A stretch of 54,325 bases of DNA from Gemmatimonadota bacterium (GTDB lineage: Bacteria; Gemmatimonadota; Gemmatimonadetes; Palauibacterales; KS3-K002): the NCBI GenBank assembly GCA_039586795.1, contig JBDHJS010000022.1, forward strand, positions 1 through 54,325, written 5' to 3'. A model generated the notes under the pieces. That model was not told where the DNA came from and did no database searches. It saw nothing but the letters and a program-made list of their open reading frames with translations. This document shows, one piece after another, positions 30,493 to 40,200 of this stretch. The position numbers and the translations under genes were made by a program. Each line of letters opens with the position of its first letter. Position 1 is the first letter of the stretch.

Positions 30493-32835
30493 TCAATGCG
30501 TCGGCTCGTCGACCAGGGCGCGCTTCAATGCGTTGAAGATGAGCGGGTAACTGACGATCGTCTGGCCGCGATACTGCGGCTTGTACCCGAACATCACCAC
30601 CCGCCCGCGACCCAACCCCGCCACGGCGATCGCACCGTGACCCGCTATATACTCCTCGCCGTTCACCCAGCCGCTCAACAACAGCTCGTCGCTTCCATAG
30701 CGGCCCACGATCTCGACTCGATCGCCAGCATCCTCAGCGGGCTCAAACGCCAGTCCGCGTTCGAACCAGGCAACCGTTCGCATCGGCACCCCAGTCGCCA
30801 GCCAGTGTCCGGGCTCTAGCTCCATGCGCAAGATAGATCCCGGGATATAGAAATCGCGACGCTCGAGTCCCGCCAGAACATCCACAACAGGGATACCGAA
30901 GTTCTCGATCGGCAACGTCGACGCCCGATTGAACGTGACCAGCGTGCCGCCCGCCTCAACGAACTCGCGCAGGCCCAGTACACCGGCCTCACCCAGGCCG
31001 CCCACATACTCCGCCGGCATCGACCCTTCCTCGTATCCTTCGATCATCGACTCGGCGGATATGTCCGGGAGGACGATGACATCGAAGCGGTCCGTCAGCC
31101 TACCTGCCCGGGCATCGGCGTCGCGCAATTGCTCGAACGGAATCCGGTATTCGTCCAGCACCCAGCGCGTCCAGCCCGCGTCCATCGACGACTGCCACGG
31201 CTCGTACACAGCGACCCGCGGCTGTGAGGCGCCGCTCAATCCCGGCGCTTCTTTGTCATGGGGCGGAGCCGCCGCGATGGGCTCCGAGAGCTCGACCTCC
31301 GGCAGTTCATCCAGCGCGACGACGTCGACGTTCATCATCAGCGGCAGCGTGTGCGCCGTGGCGTCGTACGGCGTTCGGAGCGGGCCGCCCGGATACTCCT
31401 CCAATGCCGGATACTCCTGAACTTCGAGCAGCGTCTTGGCGAAGGCCGAGTAGGGCTGTGCCATAGATATGACGTAGGTGCCCGGCGCATAGCGGCGCCC
31501 ACCGATGACAAACTCCGACTTCGATCGCTGCACATCCACATCGCCGGTCACCAACACGCGGACCAGATCCGCCAACCCGTCCGGGTTCTGACCCACGGTG
31601 GGAATCGCGAAGGCGGCGGGCCAGCCTTCGTGACCGCCAATTCCGCGCAACCCGATGCGGTAGAAGTTCTTCAGCCAGCGCTCCCGGTACAGCGCCGCCT
31701 GCTTCAGCAACGCCAGCGCGCCGGCCTCCATGTAGTCGACGATGTCCGCGAGTCGCCACTCGCCGCCGGGCCACGGATCCGGGAAGCGCCACGACGACAG
31801 CCTCGCATCCATGCCGCGACGACCGCCCAGCGAGTCGAACGGCACTTCGATCGGCGTCGCCAACCTCGCGCTTGCCGTTTCCGTCAGCACGCGGACGCCG
31901 CCGTGATAGTGCTGATACGCCCGCGCCGGCGTCCACGCATCATACATCGCGTTCACCACGATTCCCGTCTTCCCCTGCCCGTACATCTCCCACGCCATCG
32001 CCGTGCCGATCGCGTTCGCCCCTGCTATCAGCAGCGGGTCCACGTTCGGCTCTACCGGATCGATCCACGGTGGGATGAAAAACCGGGCGCCGCGCGAGCC
32101 CATTTGATGAATGTCGTGCACGATCTGCGGATGCCACACGTTGTGCAGCTCGGTCACGGCGTGACGAGTCTCCACCTGCGTGAACGCGTACCAATCCCGG
32201 TTGTTGTCGTGACCCACGTAGTGATGGTAGAGGAACGGCGGGCCAGCGCCTTCCCATGGTTTGCCCAGCGTGCTCTCGTACCAGTCCACCACCAGTTGGC
32301 TTCCGTCTGGATTCAACGACGGGACCAGCAACAGGATCACCTGGTCCAGGATCAACCGCGTCGTCGCGTCGTTACCCGCCGCCAGCTTGTAGGCCAACCG
32401 CATCGGGACGTGATAGCCGCCGACCTCCGTCGAGTGGATACCGCCGGTGATCAAAACCACCGTTCGGCCGGTGTCGATTAGCTCCTTGGCATCCTGCTCC
32501 GTTTCTATTCGCCTTGGGTCCGCCAACTTCCGCTGCGCTTCCAACAGTTCGTCGAGACGCGCATGGTTCTCCGCGCTGGTGATCGTCAGCGCCACGAACG
32601 GCCGCCCCAACGTCGTCTCACCCAGCGTGTCGAGCTGGACCCGATCGCTGGCCCCCGCCAGCAGATTCAAGTAACCGGTGATCTCGCCCCAGTCGGCCAG
32701 CTTCCGATCGGCCCCGATCTCGAACCCGAGGAACGACTCCGGACTCGGAATCGTCTCATCGACCGTTTGAGCGTACCCGATACCCGGTGTTAACCCAATC
32801 GTCATCAGGATGTTACAAACCCAACGTATTTTCAT
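30493..32835 (-). CDS. Secreted M14-family zinc carboxypeptidase-like protein
   Basis: Signal peptide, IHSTE (HxxE), NPDG, DNNRD, DIHQM; C-terminal GATase-like domain. Confidence 0.88.
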   Translation of the reverse strand: MKIRWVCNILMTIGLTPGIGYAQTVDETIPSPESFLGFEIGADRKLADWGEITGYLNLLAGASDRVQLDTLGETTLGRPFVALTITSAENHARLDELLEAQRKLADPRRIETEQDAKELIDTGRTVVLITGGIHSTEVGGYHVPMRLAYKLAAGNDATTRLILDQVILLLVPSLNPDGSQLVVDWYESTLGKPWEGAGPPFLYHHYVGHDNNRDWYAFTQVETRHAVTELHNVWHPQIVHDIHQMGSRGARFFIPPWIDPVEPNVDPLLIAGANAIGTAMAWEMYGQGKTGIVVNAMYDAWTPARAYQHYHGGVRVLTETASARLATPIEVPFDSLGGRRGMDARLSSWRFPDPWPGGEWRLADIVDYMEAGALALLKQAALYRERWLKNFYRIGLRGIGGHEGWPAAFAIPTVGQNPDGLADLVRVLVTGDVDVQRSKSEFVIGGRRYAPGTYVISMAQPYSAFAKTLLEVQEYPALEEYPGGPLRTPYDATAHTLPLMMNVDVVALDELPEVELSEPIAAAPPHDKEAPGLSGASQPRVAVYEPWQSSMDAGWTRWVLDEYRIPFEQLRDADARAGRLTDRFDVIVLPDISAESMIEGYEEGSMPAEYVGGLGEAGVLGLREFVEAGGTLVTFNRASTLPIENFGIPVVDVLAGLERRDFYIPGSILRMELEPGHWLATGVPMRTVAWFERGLAFEPAEDAGDRVEIVGRYGSDELLLSGWVNGEEYIAGHGAIAVAGLGRGRVVMFGYKPQYRGQTIVSYPLIFNALKRALVDEPTH

Positions 32836-32932
32836 TTGGCCCTCAGATTTGACGTGACGGCTGACTCTAGAGGCGGTTCACCTATATCGCAAGGCGCCGG
32901 ATAGCGAAAGCGTAAGTCTCTATTTCGCAACA

Positions 32933-33010
32933 ACATGATAGGGTGGATGATCACACGCCGGATTACCTGATCCTCTACCTGACTCTTACATGATAACCGT
33001 TTCGCAATTT
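32933..33010 (+). promoter_or_regulatory. Five-box direct-repeat promoter P1
   Basis: Boxes CATGA 32934, GATGA 32946, CCTGA 32966, CCTGA 32978, CATGA 32989 (spacing 12/20/12/11); weak -10-like CAATTT at 33005, 16 nt after the last box start. Confidence 0.7.
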
Positions 33011-33124
33011 GGATTTGCGGGTTCACCGGGAAACGAATAACACAACCAATAACCGTTCAGGCTGGATCTCAAAGGGCGCTCGGCGCGTTTTGAGGTTGAA
33101 CGTTAAGGAAGCTGGAGGAGTGAA

Positions 33125-33319
33125 ATGAACGCTAACGAGAGAGTGACAGTTGCTGCGATCTATCAGTCAGATCTCGATCGTCATCTGTTCGCGCCCTCGT
33201 TAAGGCCGATCAGGACTCGCCGGCGTAATCACGATCCGCTGGCCGATCGCGTGCGCGACTGGTTCATGGCGGGCTGGGCCCGTTGGAAAGAGCTGGCAGA
33301 GGCTGCGTCGTTCAGCTAA
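33125..33319 (+). CDS. 64-aa hypothetical microprotein downstream of P1
   Basis: GGAGGAG RBS before ATG; Trp-rich amphipathic C-terminus DWFMAGWARWKEL; short hairpin after the stop. Confidence 0.65.
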   Translation: MNANERVTVAAIYQSDLDRHLFAPSLRPIRTRRRNHDPLADRVRDWFMAGWARWKELAEAASFS

Positions 33320-33456
33320 GAGCTGGAACGATTCCCAGCCTCTGCAGCACCCTCTTCCCTTATTCCACCAGCCCATCCATTCCATAGCCCCATCCCACGG
33401 CCGCAATCGCGGCAGCCGTCGCTTGCCATCGCTGGGAGACCCATTCAACTTGAGTC

Positions 33457-35898
33457 GTGCGACCGACCGAGATTATCACCTTGGGACGAACCGCCGTCCT
33501 GCATGACGGTGTCGAGCTCCCCTCCCTTTCCTCACAGCGACGGCAACTCGCGCTGCTGGTCTTCCTCGCCGTTGAAGGGCCTGTGAGTCGCGGGCGCCTG
33601 ATTTCGACCTTCTGGCCCGACCGGGATGCGGAAAAGGCTCGTCATTCCCTAGCTCAAGCCCTGTACGCGTTGCGTCAGGAGCTGGGCGAGCGATCGGTGA
33701 TCCAGGAAGGCGACGTCCTGTCTGTCGGCCCTGAGATATCGATCGACGCGGCGGCGATGAGGAATGCCATTATCGCTGAAGACTGGCAGCGTGTCGTCGA
33801 GTTCTATGATGGGCCGTTCCTCGCAGGGTTTTCGTTGTCGGGGTCGCCCGAATTCGAGGAGTGGGCCGCGGGTCATCGGGCGCGATATGCCTCTGACGCG
33901 CGTCGGGCTTTTCGCCAGGCGATCGCGCGCTACAGATCGTCCGGCGACACGAAGGCTGCGGCGGCGCTGGCGAGCCGCTGGAGCGATATCGAGCCCTCGG
34001 GTGCGGCGGACGAACCGGAAGCCGAGCCCGAGATCCCCGAGGCGGTCCCCGTCGGATGGAACGCCGTAATCGACAGCCTCAAGACCCGTCACTATTTCAG
34101 GATCCTCCTCCTCTATCTCGGGGCCGCCTGGCTGGCCGTGCAGTTCTTCGACATCCTGGTCGATCGTAACGTCCTGGCGCCAGGTTTCTTCCCTCTTGTC
34201 CTGTACATCGTTGGGCTCGGCTTCCCCGTTGCGCTGCTTCTCGCCTGGCTGTTCGAGCGAAAGGCCCAACGGGCACAGGGAGCGACAGCTCCGCTGCGAA
34301 TCAAGGCGGCGGAGATCGGTTACGCTATCGGCGCCGTAGCGCTTATCGCGCTGATCCTCGTCTCGGTACTCGATCGCCTTCGCCCACAAGATGAGCGGGA
34401 TGTATTCCCGGCAACGCGCATCGCCGTGCTCTACTTCGACGATCACAGCGACGGCGACACGCTCTCCTATCTGGCCGAGGCGCTCACCGAGCATCTGACT
34501 CACGAGCTGGCTCAGATCTCCGCTCTCGACGTGCTCCCGCGTAACGCCGTAAAGCCGTACCGAGAGACGGGAACGCCAAGCGACGTGATCGCTGGCGAAC
34601 TCGGCGTCGGCACGCTGGTCGAAGGCAGCGTGCTGGGTTTCGCGGACAGCGTGCGGATCAGCGTCCAGCTCATCGACGCTCGGAACATGAGTCACCTGAC
34701 CAGCGCCGTGATCGCTGGCGCCGGCGGCGATCCCTTCGCGCTGCTCGACGACGTCGGTTCAGAGATCGCTCGGCTGCTCCGTACGGAGCTTGGGATGGAG
34801 ATCCAGCTCCGCGAATGGCGAGCCGGCACGGAGAGCACGGCGGCTTGGGAGAGAGTCAAGCGGGCCAACGCGATCCTCGCCGACTACGAGCCGCTGGTGA
34901 TGAGCGGCGATACGGCAGCGGCCGGGAGGACGCTGGATCTGGCGGACACGCTGTTGGCTCGCGCCGAGGCGGCGGACCCGAATTGGCCCGAGCCGATCGT
35001 CCAGCGCGGTTGGATCGCCGCTTCGCGGGCGGCACTCTTCTCAACGCCGGCCGAAGACAATCAATCGCACTGGTTTCAGGTGGGCATCGAACACGCCGAG
35101 CGGGCGCTGGCGATCGATTCAGAAAACGCCCGGGCGTTGGAACTCCGGGGCATCCTCCGCTCTCGGATCGCGCTCGAGGCGGAATCCGAGGGCGAGTCCA
35201 ACCGCTTGCTGACGGAAGCTGAAGACGACCTACGCAGGGCAACCGATCTGAACATCGGGCTGGCCCGCGCCTGGAGTCGACTCAGTCGTATCCAGGCAGA
35301 CCGCGGCCAATTCGCCGAGGCCAAGCTCGCCGCGCAACGCGCGTTCGAAGCGGACGCCTTCCTCCGAGACGCTCCGGTCGTGCTCGCTCGACTTTGCGAA
35401 ATGTCGCTCCAACTCCAAGACTGGAACGAGGTCACTCGCTGGTGCGAGCTGGGCAGACAGCGTTTCCCAGATGACGAGTTCTTCGCGGCGGTAGAGCTAT
35501 CGGCGCTGGCCGGACCCGTTGGCCCCGAACCCGACGTGGACTTGGCTTGGGACCTTGTCGAACAGACGCTCCGGCTCAGCCCGCCCGGCGACCGTGACGA
35601 CTACCTTCCGGCCCTTCACATGCAGGCGGCGGCGGTGATCGCCCGCGCCGGGCTGGCCGACAGTGCCGTGGCGGTTATCGATGGGGCCCGGGCCGCCGAT
35701 CCTCGCGACGACCCGGAATTGGACTACCAGGAGGCTAACGCGCGCTTGATCATGGGGGACGTCGATGAAGCGCTTCGCCTACTCGCGGAGTTCCTCGAGG
35801 CGGAACCCGAGTATGCTCAATTCCTGGAAAGCGACTGGTGGTTCGATCGACTGCACGACGATCCCCGCTTCCTGACTCTGGTCGACGGGCCGAACTAG
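33457..35898 (+). CDS. Membrane-anchored SARP/BTAD-type regulator 1 (wHTH, shortened BTAD, 3 TM, TolB-N-like domain, TPR)
   Basis: ALLVFLAVEG..SR..L...FWPDRD.EKARHSLAQALYALR; YDGPFLAGF...EFEEW; TM module; IAVLYFDD; TPR-like C-terminus. Confidence 0.85.
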   Translation: MRPTEIITLGRTAVLHDGVELPSLSSQRRQLALLVFLAVEGPVSRGRLISTFWPDRDAEKARHSLAQALYALRQELGERSVIQEGDVLSVGPEISIDAAAMRNAIIAEDWQRVVEFYDGPFLAGFSLSGSPEFEEWAAGHRARYASDARRAFRQAIARYRSSGDTKAAAALASRWSDIEPSGAADEPEAEPEIPEAVPVGWNAVIDSLKTRHYFRILLLYLGAAWLAVQFFDILVDRNVLAPGFFPLVLYIVGLGFPVALLLAWLFERKAQRAQGATAPLRIKAAEIGYAIGAVALIALILVSVLDRLRPQDERDVFPATRIAVLYFDDHSDGDTLSYLAEALTEHLTHELAQISALDVLPRNAVKPYRETGTPSDVIAGELGVGTLVEGSVLGFADSVRISVQLIDARNMSHLTSAVIAGAGGDPFALLDDVGSEIARLLRTELGMEIQLREWRAGTESTAAWERVKRANAILADYEPLVMSGDTAAAGRTLDLADTLLARAEAADPNWPEPIVQRGWIAASRAALFSTPAEDNQSHWFQVGIEHAERALAIDSENARALELRGILRSRIALEAESEGESNRLLTEAEDDLRRATDLNIGLARAWSRLSRIQADRGQFAEAKLAAQRAFEADAFLRDAPVVLARLCEMSLQLQDWNEVTRWCELGRQRFPDDEFFAAVELSALAGPVGPEPDVDLAWDLVEQTLRLSPPGDRDDYLPALHMQAAAVIARAGLADSAVAVIDGARAADPRDDPELDYQEANARLIMGDVDEALRLLAEFLEAEPEYAQFLESDWWFDRLHDDPRFLTLVDGPN

Positions 35899-36305
35899 CG
35901 CTCGCCTTCCTCCTTCTTGACCACGACCCGTGGATCCAACGTGTCCGCCGCCGCCCCGACCCAGACGATGATATCGTACTTGTAGGTGCCAGCGCTGGCG
36001 TCCGCCCGGATCGTCGTGGTCGCCGCCGCGCCACCGCTCCCGCTCAACTGGTTCACGGGCGCCGGACTGCCCAGCGTCGGATCCTCGAGATCGATGACGA
36101 TCGAGTCGGCCGTCGGGTGCTGCCAGCTCAACGTGTCGTTGACGTACACGGTGACGGGATCGGGGAGCACGTTGATGGCCGTGGCAACGCCGCCCGTTAT
36201 CCCGACCACCACGTGCCGGGGCGTGCTCGCCGTGGGATGAGGGTAGCAGTAGCCCAGGATCAGCCCGATGATCAACGCGACCAGCGCAATCAGGAACGCC
36301 TTCAT
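35895..36305 (-). CDS. Secreted or membrane-anchored small beta-sandwich protein (cupredoxin-like pattern)
   Basis: Hydrophobic N-terminus, PDPVTV...LSW, GTYKYDIIV...LDPRVVV; GAGGAGG RBS. Confidence 0.7.
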   Translation of the reverse strand: MKAFLIALVALIIGLILGYCYPHPTASTPRHVVVGITGGVATAINVLPDPVTVYVNDTLSWQHPTADSIVIDLEDPTLGSPAPVNQLSGSGGAAATTTIRADASAGTYKYDIIVWVGAAADTLDPRVVVKKEEGER

Positions 36306-36322
36306 GCGACCTCCTCATCTAA

Positions 36323-36430
36323 TCGAGTACCAGTACGATCACGAGAACGATAGGGACTACGAGTACGAGTAGCATGGCTCGTACTCGCACTCGTACGGGT
36401 GATCGTGCTCATTATCGTACTCGTACTCGA
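36323..36430. repeat. GAGTAC/GTACTC hexamer-repeat hairpin
   Basis: tcgagtaccagtacgatcacgagaacgat ... atcgtgctcattatcgtactcgtactcga; inner tacgagtacgagt / ctcgtactcgcactcgta. Confidence 0.75.
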
Positions 36431-36601
36431 CGAAGTCCAATAGGTCCGGGGAGCGAACCCAAGCTTCCGGGCCCGCTCCCCGCTGCGGAGCGCAGACTCA
36501 TGCGGATCGCATTGGAGGGTCGTAGGCACGATGTTCCACGTCACCCACCGTGCCGGTGGGAATCTCAGCTGCGCCCCCGGATTCGCCCGCCAGGGCGCAA
36601 C

Positions 36602-36733
36602 TCAATCGATCCATGCCAGTACGGAGTGCGCGAACAGGCCCACTGCCGCGGCGTAGATCAATACCGCCACTACGATCTTCGCTAAGTCAGCCGCCCCGAA
36701 CCTCGTCACGTTCGGCCGCATCGTTCTCATCAT
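36602..36733 (-). CDS. 43-aa single-TM microprotein (below the ORF-track cutoff)
   Basis: Hand translation MMRTMRPNVTRFGAADLAKIVVAVLIYAAAVGLFAHSVLAWID*; GGGAG/AGGAG RBS; GC hairpin after the stop; similar to the 50702-50857 peptide. Confidence 0.65.
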   Translation of the reverse strand: MMRTMRPNVTRFGAADLAKIVVAVLIYAAAVGLFAHSVLAWID

Positions 36734-36917
36734 CTCCTACTCCCGAGGCCACGCAGAAGAAGTCCAGCCCTGCCAGGTAACAGACCCACTTCTGAACGAC
36801 CCCTCCGGTCCCGCCGAACAACGGCGCCACAGCCACGATGATCGTCAGAGTCACCAATCCGATAACTCCCCACCGTCTCTTCTCGCTTGCTCCTTCGACC
36901 GTCGCGGTATCCATCAT
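36687..36917 (-). CDS. 76-aa membrane microprotein downstream of P2
   Basis: GGAGGAGG RBS; KRRW followed by a TM helix, then C-x8-C (CYLAGLDFFC). Confidence 0.65.
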   Translation of the reverse strand: MMDTATVEGASEKRRWGVIGLVTLTIIVAVAPLFGGTGGVVQKWVCYLAGLDFFCVASGVGDDENDAAERDEVRGG

Positions 36918-36972
36918 CAGCCTCCTCCGATCGCCCTTTTGCGCCCCGAGAGCCTCCCAGCTCTCACGCGGG

Positions 36973-37048
36973 AGTATAGCCGACCGCCCTCAGTCAGCTC
37001 TCAGTCACGAATCAGTCCGGCGACGAGATTATCATCCGGCGATCATCC
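36973..37048 (-). promoter_or_regulatory. Five-box direct-repeat promoter P2
   Basis: Minus-strand boxes GATGA 37047, GATGA 37036, ACTGA 37016, ACTGA 37005, ACTGA 36994 (11/20/11/11); TATACT at 36978-36973, 16 nt after the last box start. Confidence 0.8.
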
Positions 37049-37288
37049 GATCTGGCCAAAGCCTGTAAGTGTTTATGTAACAACCGGTTGGAAATACATG
37101 GCGTGCTACTTCACAAATGCTTGCGAGCCTTTCACCACCATTCAATATTCAACTGCCTTCACAATGCGCACCGACGGTTTCCCAGCCGCCGGCACGCTCA
37201 GCACGACCGTTCGAGCCTGGAGCGCGGACATGAGTCGCCCGCCAAGCCCCTTCCGGAAGCACCCATGGAGCCAGCCGGAGTCCGGGTC

Positions 37289-40200
37289 GTGATCGAGCTG
37301 ACAACGTTCGGTCGGGCGACCATCCGGCGCGATGGCGAAGAGCTCCGCAGCATTGCACGGCATAAGCAGAAGTTCGCGTTCCTCACCTACCTGGCGGTGG
37401 AAGGCCAGGCCAGCCGCGATCGCCTGCTGGCCGTATTCTGGCCCGAGCGTGAGGAGGAGCGGGCTCGCCACTCGCTTTCTCAGATCCTGTACGCGCTAAA
37501 GCGCGAGCTGGGAGAAGAGTGTCTCCGCGTGCAGCCAGACAGTGTCTCCGTCGACAATGAAGCGTGCACGATCGACGCGGCGAAGCTAGAGCGCGCCGCG
37601 GAAAGTGAAGACTGGGAAGGCGTCATCCAGCTTTACGCAGGTCCGTTCCTCGATCAGTTTGCGCTACCCGGTGCGGCAGAGTTCGAGGACTGGCAGTCGA
37701 CGACCCGGGCGCGGTTGACCCGCCTGGCGCGGCGTGGCTTCCCCAAGGTGATCGAAGAACGCGTGAGCCGCGGCGACATGTCCGGCGCCGTAGCCACGGC
37801 CTGGCGCTGGGCCACACTGGAACCACTCGAGGACGAGGCCCAGCACGCGCTGATCCAGGTGCTCGCCCAATCCGGCGACCGTAGCGGAGCCCTCGAGCAC
37901 TATGAGACCTACCGCGAGCGCCTCGCCCGTGAGCTGGAAGTAGAGCCGCTGGATGACACGATCGCCCTGGTCGAGGCGATTCGGGCTGGCGACATCGCCG
38001 CGTATCGACCGCTGGCCGAGCGACCATCGACGGTTTCCGAACCGGAAGCCGCTTACGCAGACGTCGCCGGAACGACAGCTCGGCCGGAGCCGGACCTACC
38101 GTTCCTCGATAAGCTAAAGCAACGCCGCATCTTCCACGTCGGCGCCGCTTACCTGGCCGTTGCCTGGCTCGCGTTTCAATTCACCAACACGCTCGCCGAC
38201 CGCGGTCTGCTGGCCGAATGGGTCTTCCCCCTGGTCCTAGCGCTGTTGACCACCGGCCTTCCCGTTACACTGCTCCTCGCCTGGGCGTCCGAGGCGGTGC
38301 CGGTTCGCGGCACCCAAGACGCCGACACAGAGGGCGTGCTCGGCAGGCTGCGAAAGCTACGCGTCGGTCCCGTGCTGGGCGTGCTGGCCGTTCTCGTCGT
38401 CGTGCTGGCGGGTGCCATCCTCGCCGTCACGCGCTGGCTACCGCTCCAACGCCTGGAGCCGAGTCGCGTTATGGTTTTCCCCCTGACGGTAACGCCGGAA
38501 GGAAACGAGACGACCGGCGAGCGGGCGGCCTCGTGGATCGGCTATACGCTGGAGCAGACCGGCCGTTTCAAGTGGGTGGACGGCTGGTGGGAACTCGACG
38601 AGCCACAGCGCGCCGGCCTCGAAAATGTGAGCCCGGTCTCCGCCAGGGAGACAGCGCGGGCCGAGCGCGCCGCGTTCTACATCCGCGGTCGCATCTCGAT
38701 GACCAACGATTCGGTCCACGTGTTCGCCGAACTACACGACGTCCGTCGCAGAACGATCGTCCAGCGATTCAACCTTGCGAGCCCCGTCGATGAAACCTGG
38801 ATACCTCGGGTCAGCGAGCGCGTGGCTTGGGGACTGTACTCCGCTCTGGCGCCGGATGACCCTGAGATCGGCCACACCGCCGCATCGGACACGCCGCAGG
38901 CGGCGCTGGAGTTCCTGGAAGGCGAGCTGGCGTATCGGGACGCGCGCTTCTCGGATGCGCTTCAACATTATCAGGCGGCCGTCGCGCTCGACTCCAGTTT
39001 CGTGCTGGCCGCCCTGAAGGGCACGATGGTCGCCGGCTGGAATCACGATGCCGAAGTCGCCGGCGGCTTCCTCGATCTGATCGACCAGCACGCCGCCGCC
39101 CTCGAACCCAGCCGCGCGCAATTGGCCCGCGGCTTGGCCGCCTACTGGTCGGGGCGCGCCGACGACGCGGTGGAACATCTCGAAACCGCCGTGCAGATCG
39201 ACCCCAGCTTCGTCGAAGCCTGGGCCCAGCTCGGCGAGACCTATACGCACTTTCTGCCCGCGCGGCGCGCCATCGACTCTCTCGCCCGGGTTTCTTTCGT
39301 CACGGTTCGGCAACTCGAGCCGGAGTTCCGAGTCGTGCTCTACCACCTGACGGAATTCGCGATTCGTGACGGTGCGGCGGATAGCGCCAGCGTCTACTTC
39401 GATGATTTCCGGCAGACCGAGCCCGACTCTAGCTTCATTCAGAGCAACGAGCTCAAGCTCCAATGCGTTCAACAGACACCGCAGATGATCGCTTGGCGGG
39501 CGGAAGTGGAGCGCAGTCCGGCGGCCGTCTACTCGACTGGCCAGTCCCTTGCCAAAGCGGGCGCTCACACGGGATGCGCTCGCCATGCTTGGAGGGCGCT
39601 TTTGAGCCTGTCCGGCGACGCGTACCTGAACTACAGATTCGGCGCGGTCGGGAACCTGCAGAGCTTGCTCGTGGCCGAGGGTCGCTTCGATGAGCTAGAT
39701 CAGCTTTGGCCGGAGGAGTTCGCCGACTATTCCGGCGATTTCTACCTGTTGGACGCCAACGCCGGCGCTCCCGTCCAGAGGCAAGCCACAATGTGGGCCG
39801 ACCGCATCCGATCGGACCTGCCGCTGGGCTCGGTATCCGACTATGAGCTCTGGATGCTCGGCGTCTGGGAGTTCAATCAGGGCCGCACTGAATGGGTAAG
39901 ACTGATCGCCGACTCGCTGGCAGCACGTGCCGATTCAACGGGCGGCAGACTGACGCGCATGCTCGGAGACGTCATGGAAGCTCGGGCCGTGCTGGCGGAA
40001 GGCGACTCGGCCAACGCTCTCGATCTACTGAGCGTGTTGACGCCGACCAAGACCCCCACCGACGCCTGGTACCCGTGGGAGACGCTCGCCGCGGAGAAGA
40101 TGCTGCTCGCTGGTTTGCTCTACGCGACCGGCGACTACACCGGCGCCGTTGGCGTCGCGAGCACGCTGGATGCACCCGCCCGCCCGGCCTACGACCTCAT

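Noticed and set aside
37088..37288. N-terminal extension of regulator 2 given in the ORF track
   Set aside because: Paralogs begin at MIE(I/L)xTxGR and the extension is low-GC promoter-like sequence.
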